Source of the DNA: Patescibacteria group bacterium
GTDB lineage: Bacteria > Patescibacteriota > Minisyncoccia > Phycocordibacterales > UBA1550
Length of the DNA: 58,978 bases
Assembly: GCA_038057125.1 (NCBI GenBank)
Contig: JBBUDU010000003.1
Location: forward strand, 85,978-144,955
Direction: 5' to 3'
The stretch's first letter is position 1; each line of letters starts with the position of its first letter. This document shows, one piece after another, positions 36,589 to 44,969 of this stretch. The notes under the pieces were generated by a model that saw nothing but the letters and a program-made list of their open reading frames with translations, searched no databases and was not told the DNA's origin. Both the position numbers and the translations under genes were made by a program.

Positions 36589-37383
36589 TTACAAAATCTT
36601 ATCAAGAATTATTTCCACGGAACGAATTTCTGTAATATTGAACGGAACTCTAAAAAATACGCGTGCAAACGGCAAAGAAGGTTCTCCTTCGACCAAAGAA
36701 ACAGTGCCGAGCAAAAGTCCTTCTTTAGATGAAGTAACATTATCTCCAACAAGTATAGTGCTACCCTCCGGAACCTTGGCTTCAAAGTTTCCCATCCCTT
36801 TTCCGAGTGCCTTTGCTGGAATAAATCGTCCTCCAATATTCACCAAGTGCTCCTCTCCCGGAGATGAATATAGTTTTATTTTTGAAGATAGAGCAGTGAC
36901 TTCAACAACTTCTCCAATAGCCCCTGACCCTGTGTAAACAACAATATCCCCTATTGCAACACCCTTGTCGGTACCAGCATCAACAACCAAGGTGTCATAC
37001 GGCGACAACCCCGGACCCGCGAGCACATAAGCAACTACTCGATTGTCACCTTGCACTCGCCCAAACATCGCTTCGAGCTTGTTTACTTTTTCATAAAGAA
37101 GATTCCTGTCGAGAACTTGCGCTTGCATGCGATTGACATCCGCACGAAGCGTATCATTTTCTAACACAAGAGTATCCTTCGAGCGAAAATTTGTTGTAAA
37201 AGAATTCCACGCGCTTGAAGCCAAGTCGCCGGCGCCCCACACCTTTCCAGAAACAGCGTACACCGACTGTGTAACCATATTCCTAGCTGGAGCATACAAA
37301 AGAGCGAAAGCGCTTACGGAAAAAATGGCAACAAACGCGATATTTTTTCGTGCAAAGAATATGTTATCGCGGCGGTATATCAT
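36589..37383 (-). CDS. mreC: rod shape-determining protein MreC
   Basis: N-terminal TM, coiled-coil (LRADVNRMQAQVLDRN), beta-rich C-terminal domains. Start placed at Met16. Confidence 0.75.
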   Translation of the reverse strand: MIYRRDNIFFARKNIAFVAIFSVSAFALLYAPARNMVTQSVYAVSGKVWGAGDLASSAWNSFTTNFRSKDTLVLENDTLRADVNRMQAQVLDRNLLYEKVNKLEAMFGRVQGDNRVVAYVLAGPGLSPYDTLVVDAGTDKGVAIGDIVVYTGSGAIGEVVEVTALSSKIKLYSSPGEEHLVNIGGRFIPAKALGKGMGNFEAKVPEGSTILVGDNVTSSKEGLLLGTVSLVEGEPSLPFARVFFRVPFNITEIRSVEIILDKIL

Positions 37384-38413
37384 TTTCGTGTTCAATAAGC
37401 ACCCCGCGAAACCCTTCCATGTCTTCAAGAATAACTCCAGCGCCGCGCGCGACTGCTGTCAGTGGGTCGTTGGCAACATAGACGGGAACATGAAGCGTTT
37501 GAGAAAGGAGCTCATCTAGTCCTCGAAGGAGCGCGCCTCCGCCGACCAAAATAATTCCACGGCTCATCACATCCGAAAGAACTTCAGGTGGTGTGGTTTC
37601 GATAACTTCTTTTACTGACTCAACAAGACTAATAATAGAAGCGCTCATCGCTTCTCGAATATCCGTGTCCGTTACCACCACTTCGCGTGGAAGCCCTGTC
37701 ACAAGGTCGCGCCCGCGAATGACCGCCTCCATCGGTTCTTTTCCTTTTTTTGCAGAGCCAATAGCGATTTTTACGCTTTCCGCAGTACGCTCACCAATAA
37801 GCACGCGAAATTCATCGCGCACATAATTGATAATGTCATTATTTAAACGATCCCCTGCGACATGAAAGTTTTTTGAGCGTACGATACCGCCGAGCGAAAT
37901 AACCGCAATGTCTGTCGTACCGCCGCCAATGTCAATAATCATATTGCCAATCGGCTCCTTCACGGGGAGCTTGATGCCAATAGCCGCGGCCATTGGCTCT
38001 TCAACAATATGCACTTCGCGCGCGCCAGCATTTTTTGCCGCATCATAAACCGCGCGGACTTCAACCGTCGTGATGCCGGATGGGACGCCAATAACCACGC
38101 GTGGACGAACAGTTTTTTTACTGATTTTATTTGCTTTTCCAATCAAATACGAGAGCATTTCTTCGGTAACTTCGAAGTTTGAAATAACGCCATCAACAAG
38201 GGGGCGTATTGCCACAATGTGCCCCGGTGTACGACCGAGCATTTGTTTTGCCTGCGAGCCAAGCGCAACAACCTGCCCCGTTTTCTGGTTCACAGCAACA
38301 ACCGACGGTTCATTGATAACGATGCCGTGGTCGCGCAGATACACAAGCGTATTCGCAGTACCAAGGTCGATACCGATATCATTAGAAAAAAGTTTGTAAA
38401 ATTTCTCAAACAT
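37364..38413 (-). CDS. mreB: rod shape-determining actin homologue MreB
   Basis: DIGIDLGTANTLVY phosphate-1 motif, DIGGGTTD, GGGALLRGLD. Start placed at Met23, which abuts the proS stop. Confidence 0.92.
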   Translation of the reverse strand: MFEKFYKLFSNDIGIDLGTANTLVYLRDHGIVINEPSVVAVNQKTGQVVALGSQAKQMLGRTPGHIVAIRPLVDGVISNFEVTEEMLSYLIGKANKISKKTVRPRVVIGVPSGITTVEVRAVYDAAKNAGAREVHIVEEPMAAAIGIKLPVKEPIGNMIIDIGGGTTDIAVISLGGIVRSKNFHVAGDRLNNDIINYVRDEFRVLIGERTAESVKIAIGSAKKGKEPMEAVIRGRDLVTGLPREVVVTDTDIREAMSASIISLVESVKEVIETTPPEVLSDVMSRGIILVGGGALLRGLDELLSQTLHVPVYVANDPLTAVARGAGVILEDMEGFRGVLIEHENDIPPR

Positions 38414-38414
38414 A

Positions 38415-39665
38415 TTATTTATTTTTACACTTTGCAAAAAGTTCTTCACGGGAAACCATAGACACCTCCCCAGTAGCACGGTCTTTTAATTCGAAACTTT
38501 TGCTCGCAAGAGTTTTTGCTGATACGACGACACGTATCGGAATACCGATGAGGTCACTTTCTGCAAATTTTTCTCCAGCCCGAAGGTCGCGATCATCCCA
38601 CAAAGTTTCCACATTGCATGCATTGAGCTCTGCATAAAGCGCTTTCGAATATTCTTCGACATCCTTGTTCCCTGCGGATAAGTCCACTAAATGCACAGCA
38701 AATGGAGCGATTTCCTCGGGCCACACAAGCCCTTTGTCATCGCCAAGCACCTCTACGACAGTCCCCAAGACGCGACCAAGCCCAATACCATAACACCCCA
38801 TGACGACCGTTTGCTCTTTCCCTTCTTCGTCCTTGTACGAGAGGTTAAACGGCGCCGAGTATTTGGTTTTTAGCTCAAAAATATTCCCTACCTCTACAGA
38901 CGTTTCCGTACGCAAATTCTTTCCTTGACACTTTGGGCACTCGTTATTCTGGTCTTCAATAATCTCTTTGTTCACTGCAATATGACATTTGTCGCATATA
39001 TGAATAGTGTCCTCGCCTGCTGGAGTCACTGTCTGAAATTCGTGCGAGTATTTTGAAAAACTTCCGCCGGCGGCAAGAGTAAGGAATGTTGTTGCGCCGA
39101 TGCCAGCGCGCTCAAAAACGCGCACATACACACCTTTTATTTTTTCATAAAATATTTTCATATCTGCCTCATCACGGTGAAAGGAATACATATCTTTCAT
39201 CATAAACTCACGACCGCGTAGGATGCCTGACTTTGCGCGAAGCTCCATGCGAAACTTATTTTGAAATTGATATGTTGAAAAAGGGAGGTCGCGATACGAT
39301 GAAACAAACTGCTTAACGAGTGGAACTACGATTTCCTCGTGAGTGGGTCCGAGGGCGTTTTCGCGCCCAGATGTGTCGCTCACTTTATAGAGATCGTCCA
39401 TCGTGTCCCATCGCCCTGTCGTTTGCCAATTTTCTTTTGGCTGAAGTGATGGCATCAAAATTTCTTGTCCACCAGCACTGTTCATTTCCTCACGAATAAT
39501 ATTTTCGATTTTCTTTAGCACGCGAAGACCGAGCGGAAGATATGTGTAAACGCCGGCCTGAAGCTTGTCGACAAAGCCCGCGCGGATGAGAAGCTTCGCG
39601 TTTTTTGCCACTTCATCTGCTGGAGCTTCTTTTCGAGTTTTTGTGAATAATTGAGACTGTCGCAT
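38415..39665 (-). CDS. proS: prolyl-tRNA synthetase, bacterial-type N-terminus but no INS editing domain; CxxC...CxxC insert instead
   Basis: MRQSQLFTKTRKEAPADE... start, class II motifs. Only 416 aa. ICDKCHIAVNKEIIEDQNNECPKCQGKNL sits where INS is found in E. coli-type ProRS. Confidence 0.85.
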   Translation of the reverse strand: MRQSQLFTKTRKEAPADEVAKNAKLLIRAGFVDKLQAGVYTYLPLGLRVLKKIENIIREEMNSAGGQEILMPSLQPKENWQTTGRWDTMDDLYKVSDTSGRENALGPTHEEIVVPLVKQFVSSYRDLPFSTYQFQNKFRMELRAKSGILRGREFMMKDMYSFHRDEADMKIFYEKIKGVYVRVFERAGIGATTFLTLAAGGSFSKYSHEFQTVTPAGEDTIHICDKCHIAVNKEIIEDQNNECPKCQGKNLRTETSVEVGNIFELKTKYSAPFNLSYKDEEGKEQTVVMGCYGIGLGRVLGTVVEVLGDDKGLVWPEEIAPFAVHLVDLSAGNKDVEEYSKALYAELNACNVETLWDDRDLRAGEKFAESDLIGIPIRVVVSAKTLASKSFELKDRATGEVSMVSREELFAKCKNK

Positions 39666-39776
39666 ATGTATCTTGTATCTGCGTATCTTACATTAAAAAC
39701 CATACAGTACCAAATTATTTGACTTTTGATTCTTGGTGTGGGGCAATATCAAAAAAACTGTGTCGAGCAAGCATTA

Positions 39777-40868
39777 CTACTGAATCAACTTCGCCACATC
39801 GTGGAAAGTTATGAACACCATAAATGCAATAAGTATAAGGAAACCGATTCCGTTCACGGCGTTTGCAATTACTGGTTTTATGGGCGAGCGTTTTATCGAC
39901 TCGATGAGTAAAAACAAAAGTCGTCCGCCGTCGAGCGCAGGAAATGGCAGTAAATTTATAATAGCGAGGTTAATAGATATAATGGCGGTGAGTGAGAGCA
40001 AGTGTATAAAGCCTAATGTTGAAGCATCGCTAACGATGCCAACAATTCCCACGGGGCCAGAAATGTCCTGAAAACTTGCTTGCCCAATAAATATATTTTT
40101 AAAAAAATCAATGATGCCAACAGCCATCGCCATAGTGATTGATGCCGTTGTTGAAAGACCAACATACAATGCTTCATGAACAGGGAGACGAAGCATCCCT
40201 ATAACATCCATAGAAATACCGATGGCTCGGCGACCATCTACAACCCCCTCTTCGCCTCGCACAGTTGCAGTTTTTGTTTCAATCCCGCGCAAATAAGTAA
40301 GTTTTATTTCTTCGTTTGATGCAATAAATCTTTGCGTTGCCGGAACCTTTGGATTGGTGAGAATATTTTCGCCAGAAACAAGACTCACAATAATATCTCC
40401 GCCTTTGAGTCCCGCTTTTTGCGCGGGAGACTTTGGCGCAACCTGCGTGATGGTGAGGTTTAGATTTTGCACGCGAGCGCCGTATTTAGAATCATTTCCT
40501 GAATACGGAAGCCCCGCCATAAAACCTAAACTAATGAGAAACCATGCAAAAAGTAAATTAAAGACAACTCCAGCGGAAATAATCCATGCCTGCACAAGGC
40601 GCGGCTTTTGGGTCAAACTGCGTGAAGAATCCTTTCCTTCCAAGGATTCTTTGTTGGGGTCCTCGCCAAAAATTTTCACAAACCCGCCAATAGGGAAAGC
40701 ATTAAAAGAATAAATAGTCTCCCCTACCTTTTTCTGCCATAGGCGAGGCGGGAAACCAATGCCAAATTCATCGACACGCACCCCCGCGCGCTTTGCAGCG
40801 ATAAAATGCCCAAGCTCGTGGACGAGAATAAGAGCTGCAAGAATGATTATGAATAAAATGATGCTCAT
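39777..40868 (-). CDS. rseP: site-2 (M50) membrane metalloprotease RseP-like with PDZ domain
   Basis: HELGHF at residues 17-22, PDZ-like PAQKAGLKGGDII, C-terminal NLLPFPALDGG motif. Confidence 0.88.
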   Translation of the reverse strand: MSIILFIIILAALILVHELGHFIAAKRAGVRVDEFGIGFPPRLWQKKVGETIYSFNAFPIGGFVKIFGEDPNKESLEGKDSSRSLTQKPRLVQAWIISAGVVFNLLFAWFLISLGFMAGLPYSGNDSKYGARVQNLNLTITQVAPKSPAQKAGLKGGDIIVSLVSGENILTNPKVPATQRFIASNEEIKLTYLRGIETKTATVRGEEGVVDGRRAIGISMDVIGMLRLPVHEALYVGLSTTASITMAMAVGIIDFFKNIFIGQASFQDISGPVGIVGIVSDASTLGFIHLLSLTAIISINLAIINLLPFPALDGGRLLFLLIESIKRSPIKPVIANAVNGIGFLILIAFMVFITFHDVAKLIQ

Positions 40869-40891
40869 TTAAATTGTGTGTGGTGGACGAA

Positions 40892-41446
40892 TTATTCCCC
40901 CATAATTTCTTTTTCTTTTCTCGCCCCGATGGACTCGAGATTGTTGTTTGCTTCATCGACAAACTTTTGGAGGTCCTCCATGGCGCGCGTCTTTTCATCT
41001 TCGCTCATTCCCCCGTCACGCTCCGTTTCAATGATGGAATTTTTTGTTTGTTCGCGCACCCCCTTTATGGTCACGCGCGCAGACTCTACTTTTTCACGCA
41101 CAATTTTTGTAAACGAAACGCGGCGCTCGGTAGTGAGCGGAGGGAAAAATATGCGAAGCCCAGCATCGTCTGTGGATACAGAGATGCCAAGGTTTGCGGT
41201 ATTGATTGCCTTTTCAATCTCTTTGCCGTTTGCCTTTTCCCACGGCACGATGCGGAGCGTACGCGCGTCCTCGTTTGCGATAGTTGCAACATGTTGAATC
41301 GAGAGCTGTGCGCCATACGACTCGACAAAAATGCCATCGAGTATTGAGCTTGATGCGCGCCCTGTGTGAATAGCGGAAAGCTCTTTGCTCAAATGTTCGG
41401 CAATATCCCCTGTCTTCTTTTTAAATCCTGAAAAATCGTATGTCAT
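40892..41446 (-). CDS. frr: ribosome recycling factor
   Basis: RRF-like sequence (LSAIHTGRASSSILDGI, NLGISVSTDDAGLRIFFPPLTTERR). Start placed at Met13. Confidence 0.9.
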   Translation of the reverse strand: MTYDFSGFKKKTGDIAEHLSKELSAIHTGRASSSILDGIFVESYGAQLSIQHVATIANEDARTLRIVPWEKANGKEIEKAINTANLGISVSTDDAGLRIFFPPLTTERRVSFTKIVREKVESARVTIKGVREQTKNSIIETERDGGMSEDEKTRAMEDLQKFVDEANNNLESIGARKEKEIMGE

Positions 41447-41503
41447 ATGATATGGACAGTATCTTATCAAGATTCCGCTCAAACTTCAATGAGAACTTGG
41501 GTA

Positions 41504-41899
41504 TTATTTCACCGACTCGCCATACGCTTCGTCCTCATCGTCTTTGTCTGCATCAGCCTTTGTGGCGTGCATGCGCCCATCGATATGATTTGGAGGGGCA
41601 TACACAGTATAAACTTTGAGTGAACTATTACCGGTATTTTTGAAATTGTGTTTCGTGCCGGGAGGCACAACCACTACATCACCTTCACCTATTGCACTTT
41701 CTTTCCCGTTCAAAATCGCTTTCCCTGTGCCACTCAAGAAAAAAAGAGTTTGCTCTACATTGTGATGTGTCTCCTCTCCTATTTCACCGCCCGCGGGAAT
41801 ATCCATCACCACAAGCTGGCTCCGCGAGCCCGTGAAAAGCACTTTTCTAAAATTAGTGTTTTCCGCTGTATCTTTATGTATGTTTCCGATGTATGACAT
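41504..41899 (-). CDS. cupin-domain protein
   Basis: G(x)5HxH-like GEIGEETHHNVEQ and GDVVVVPPGTKHNFKN motifs. Minus-strand promoter TTGCAA, 18-nt spacer, TATACT just upstream. Confidence 0.7.
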   Translation of the reverse strand: MSYIGNIHKDTAENTNFRKVLFTGSRSQLVVMDIPAGGEIGEETHHNVEQTLFFLSGTGKAILNGKESAIGEGDVVVVPPGTKHNFKNTGNSSLKVYTVYAPPNHIDGRMHATKADADKDDEDEAYGESVK

Positions 41900-41937
41900 A
41901 TATGTGCCAGTATATCAATTTTACATAAAAACTTGCA

Positions 41938-41970
41938 AGAAAAAAGACGGTCCTTTTTACGGGACCGTCT
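41938..41970 (-). terminator. rho-independent terminator of the GC-rich orphan gene
   Basis: A 9-bp stem, agacggtcc/ggaccgtct, followed on the minus strand by TTTTTTCTT. Confidence 0.7.
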
Positions 41971-42007
41971 TTGCTACTTACTACACAGCATGGTGATTAC
42001 TTCTGAC

Positions 42008-42298
42008 TTAGGCAGACAGAGCCTTGCTTGCCGCGGCGCGGACTTCGTTGTACTGCGCCGAGAGGACCTCGAGCTCGTTGGCGTCGAACGAAGCTTCGAA
42101 GCCGTCGGTGCGCTTGACGATAGCCGACTCACCGACGAAAGCGATCTGCAGGCTGTTCACCTGGACGCCGGACTTGGTTTGGCCGTGGCAGTGAAACCAC
42201 TTGTTCGCGGGAATGGTGGAGGCGTCGATCGCAGCCTTGGAGCCGTTGATCGTGATTGGGAGCATGGCTTTCTTCTGCGTACCTTTATTGGAATTCAT
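42008..42298 (-). CDS. hypothetical protein, 96 aa, strongly GC-rich coding sequence
   Basis: Intact ORF with GGAGA RBS, its own promoter and terminator. G/C-ending codons dominate, unlike every neighbouring gene. No family recognised. Confidence 0.55.
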   Translation of the reverse strand: MNSNKGTQKKAMLPITINGSKAAIDASTIPANKWFHCHGQTKSGVQVNSLQIAFVGESAIVKRTDGFEASFDANELEVLSAQYNEVRAAASKALSA

Positions 42299-42390
42299 GC
42301 GATATCATTCTCCATGTAGTTGAGTTGAAAGAACATTCACTTCTGCCAGATGACAAAAAATGAAAACGACCCCAAAAGGTCGATTGGGGC

Positions 42391-42419
42391 ATCCTACACT
42401 ATGCAGGTTTTAATGTCAA
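42391..42419 (-). promoter_or_regulatory. sigma70-like promoter of the GC-rich orphan gene
   Basis: On the minus strand: TTGACA, 17-nt spacer, TAGGAT. A leader of about 90 nt follows, holding two mutually exclusive small hairpins and a T-run. Confidence 0.45.
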
Positions 42420-42485
42420 GCTTTGTGGCTTATGTGGAATATGGGTGCGGGTTGGAACCTTTTTGGGCTATATATCAGTATATCT

Positions 42486-42791
42486 TTATGGCAATATTTT
42501 TAAAATAAAGACGATATTGTCGTCTGCTAAAATTTCTTCTTTTTTTCGTACTGCAGCCTTAATCGGCAGAATATAGCACTCGGACCTCTTCTCGTAGAAA
42601 ATTGATGTCACCCATGTTGTTTTTCCAATTGTTACAGATACAGGAAGCGAACCCCATCCGCGCTTCATTGCCCCAAAATTCTTAGTAATTTCTGCTGATT
42701 CCTTTTTAGGAACATTCACAAAGTGCCACTGCGCAGTTTCGCTCGGATAAATCCATACCCTAGCGTCAATTTTGTAATTGCTCTTCTTCAT
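42486..42791 (-). CDS. DUF1905-like small beta-barrel protein
   Basis: Pattern W.FV.VP......I......RGWGSLPV.VTIG...W.TS.. is what I recall for DUF1905/YdeI N-terminal domains. The call rests on memory. Confidence 0.5.
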   Translation of the reverse strand: MKKSNYKIDARVWIYPSETAQWHFVNVPKKESAEITKNFGAMKRGWGSLPVSVTIGKTTWVTSIFYEKRSECYILPIKAAVRKKEEILADDNIVFILKILP

Positions 42792-43001
42792 AAAAGAACT
42801 CTAACATTTTTTAGTATTGCTGACTTACTCGGTTGTGAACCCCACACCTTGAGACCTTGTAAGAACATTTTAGCATCCCTTCTACTCACTAGATGAGCCG
42901 TCTCGGTCACTGTCTCATTTACAACTCTTTTGACTTTGTTAACTTCTGCTTCATACCCCAAGTATATAGGGAGAAGATAATTACTCTGCTTTTAATATCT
43001 A

Positions 43002-43832
43002 TTAGTGTGTATGGCTATCGTCGTTGGCATGTTCCTCAACCCAAAATACGTGAGTGATTTTCTTGTTACCATGGCCGAGGTCCTTCTCAAACTCGTTGTT
43101 GCGACCATGTGCGTCCTGACCTATAGCCCTGCCCCATTCGGACGCATTGGTAAATTCGTCGCTTTGTGCTGCTGCCGATGCGCCGCGATTGCTTGCTGAT
43201 GCGGTGCTAAACGAGTTGGACGAATCAACATGCGCGTATATTGCGGCAAGCTGGTCGTAGTCGTGCTGGTTTGGCAAGGTGCTTAGCGTGCTTGTAGCAT
43301 TGGCTCCTGTGTTAGAGAAGTAGTCCATGCAGGTGTTCTGCGATGAGCCGTCCTCGCTTGTATGGCCCAAGCCAAAAGTGTGGCCGACCTCTTGGCACAT
43401 TACATGCAACTTTTCGTTGGGATTATTGTACTTAGCAGTATTGAAGTAGGTGTCATTCATTTTAGCGACTCCCTGGGTAATATGGGAGCCGGATGTCCAA
43501 ATTTGTGCGAGTCCGAGCCAGCCGTTATTTCCGTATGCTTTGTTGCACACCTGCACTGTGCCAGCCACAGGCGAACAGTCCTTTTTAGTAGCTTTATGTC
43601 TTAGCGCTGTGCCAACAACAACGGTGGTATCGAGTACGTTTGACTGGCTCCATGCGTTTGAAGTCGTGGCGAGATAGGAGTCCCATGTAGATGTGACATT
43701 GTCACCGAGCGTAAGTGCAAAAGGGGTTGTAGTACGGCCCCAGTGATAGCCACCCCACGAGTGACTAGCTAGTGCTACCGATGCCGACCCCAACCCTACA
43801 ATAATCGCCGCTACGTATAAATATTTTTTCAT
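43002..43832 (-). CDS. secreted metzincin-like protein with QEVGHTFGLGH in place of HExxHxxGxxH
   Basis: Signal peptide MKKYLYVAAIIVGLGSASVALA. Extended zinc-motif look-alike followed by a possible Met-turn, TCMDY. The first His codon reads CAA (Gln). Confidence 0.55.
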   Translation of the reverse strand: MKKYLYVAAIIVGLGSASVALASHSWGGYHWGRTTTPFALTLGDNVTSTWDSYLATTSNAWSQSNVLDTTVVVGTALRHKATKKDCSPVAGTVQVCNKAYGNNGWLGLAQIWTSGSHITQGVAKMNDTYFNTAKYNNPNEKLHVMCQEVGHTFGLGHTSEDGSSQNTCMDYFSNTGANATSTLSTLPNQHDYDQLAAIYAHVDSSNSFSTASASNRGASAAAQSDEFTNASEWGRAIGQDAHGRNNEFEKDLGHGNKKITHVFWVEEHANDDSHTH

Positions 43833-43894
43833 ACAGTTAAGTATACTCCCGTGTCAACAAAATTGCAAAGAACCCTGTTTGCGCGGAAAAGGGA

Positions 43895-43917
43895 AAAGGG
43901 GGTCAGGTACCCTTTTT
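43895..43917. repeat. REP-like palindrome, left copy (aaagggggtcaggtacccttttt)
   Basis: Exact 23-bp inverted repeat of 44602-44624. Overlaps the stop codon of the RAYT gene. Internally self-complementary (aaaaggg...ccctttt around ggtacc). Confidence 0.8.
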
Positions 43918-44577
43918 AGGTCTCCCTGTTGCACGGGCAGTAGCCTCTAACCCAAACTTTTTAATCATTATATCAATCCACTCGCCTGTCCCAAAAGGCT
44001 TCCCCTTTATCACCGACGCTCTTATATTTTCTACTTCCTCTATTGTTTGCGGAGTATTTACAAATGACAGATAATCCTTAGGTTCTAATATTGGCCAAAC
44101 CGACAGAAGTTTCTTTTTCTTTACATCTCCTGAGAGCCTTCGCGCGAGACTACAGAAATCCCAATTCTCAGATTTTTTCACAAGTTTTGCGCGGAGAGCA
44201 TTTCGTTCAACATAACGAATTACGGAAAGGAGGTTTTCATCGTCCTGTATTAAAAAAGATTTGTATCTCCCTTGATACAGGTGCCCGCTCCCCTTTGTGC
44301 TGTTGGCTTGGTGCCATCGCTGTGTATGTGTGAGTGTGAGCCATTGCATAAATTTACCCATGTCGCCGTCACATTTAGGGTAGAGTACTAGATGGAAGTG
44401 GTTTGGCATAAGACAATATGCGATGATTCTCATGGAAAACTTCTCTATTGCTTCCTCTAGTACCTTTTCAAACAGAATATAATCCTCTTTCTTGAAGAAG
44501 ATCGGCATGCGTGCGTTAGCACGATTAATGACATGGTAGCAATAATTGCCGATGTCTGTGCGGGTGATACGCGGCAT
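43903..44577 (-). mobile_element. REP-associated tyrosine transposase (RAYT; IS200/IS605-like Y1 HUH transposase)
   Basis: HUH motif in MPNHFHLVL and the catalytic-Tyr region IRYVERNALRAKLV. 224 aa. Flanked by inverted REP-like palindromes. Confidence 0.75.
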
Positions 44578-44601
44578 TAGTTTAGTATATCAGTATTCAA
44601 T

Positions 44602-44624
44602 AAAAAGGGTACCTGACCCCCTTT
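44602..44624. repeat. REP-like palindrome, right copy (inverted)
   Basis: aaaaagggtacctgacccccttt is the reverse complement of 43895-43917. Confidence 0.8.
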
Positions 44625-44742
44625 CTCGGTCTGGTGACCTCGAAACCTGCGTGCTCTCTTCGAGCACTGCGGCCCGCGTCTCAATTTCATTGAGACAATC
44701 TTGACGGCTTCAAAGGCCCTTATTGTCTGTTTGCGCCCTAAG

Positions 44743-44813
44743 CTGGGAGGCTTGGAATCGAACCAAGATTGACGGCTTCAAAGGCCGCTGTCCTACCATT
44801 AGACGATCTCCCA
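44743..44813 (-). tRNA. tRNA-Gln (anticodon UUG)
   Basis: Manual cloverleaf: TGGGAGA-TC-GTCT-AATGGTA-GGAC-A-GCGGC-CTTTGAA-GCCGT-CAAT-CTTGG-TTCGATT-CCAAG-CCTCCCA-G. U1-A72 and G73 as in bacterial tRNA-Gln. One A-C mismatch at position 7-66. Confidence 0.8.
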
Positions 44814-44853
44814 GCTTAACTCGCAAACAACGACAATTTTCTTACGAAACCAG

Positions 44854-44881
44854 ATGAATTGCAAAGCAGTTTGCCATTCAT
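44854..44881 (-). repeat. hairpin of tRNA-like unit B (ATGAATGGCAAA-CTGC-TTTGCAATTCAT)
   Basis: A 12-bp stem with one mismatch and a CTGC loop. Preceded by TTGGAGATCGTCGTATGGTGGGA, which resembles the 5' half of the adjacent tRNA-Gln. Confidence 0.5.
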
Positions 44882-44941
44882 TCCCACCATACGACGATCT
44901 CCAAGCAATAATTACAAACAGCACCGATTCCTTCGGACCGG

Positions 44942-44969
44942 ATGAAACAGTATGCAGATACTGTTTCAT
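44942..44969 (-). repeat. hairpin of tRNA-like unit A (ATGAAACAGTAT-CTGC-ATACTGTTTCAT)
   Basis: Perfect 12-bp stem with a CTGC loop. Preceded by GGCGGGCAGGTCTAATGGTAGGAT, an acceptor plus D-arm look-alike. Confidence 0.5.

Noticed and set aside
42792-42970. Open frame upstream of the DUF1905 gene. It ends in an ATGA stop/start overlap with that gene (...KMFLQGLKVWGSQPSKSAILKNVRVLL).
   Set aside because: It has no ATG with an RBS near its 5' end; there is only an internal Met or a TTG. I recognise no family. It could be a gene remnant, but support is insufficient to call a CDS.
44821-44940. The plus-strand string GCAAACAACGACAATTTT (A-N-N-D-N-F) looked like the start of a tmRNA tag reading frame, which raised the idea that the tRNA-like region is an ssrA gene.
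   Set aside because: The frame runs 39 codons without the usual ...(A/V)AA stop ending. No tRNA-Ala-like acceptor/T-arm pair (GGGG... / ...TTCGA...CCACCA) is present on that strand. A well-formed tRNA-Gln also occupies the opposite strand inside the putative tmRNA.
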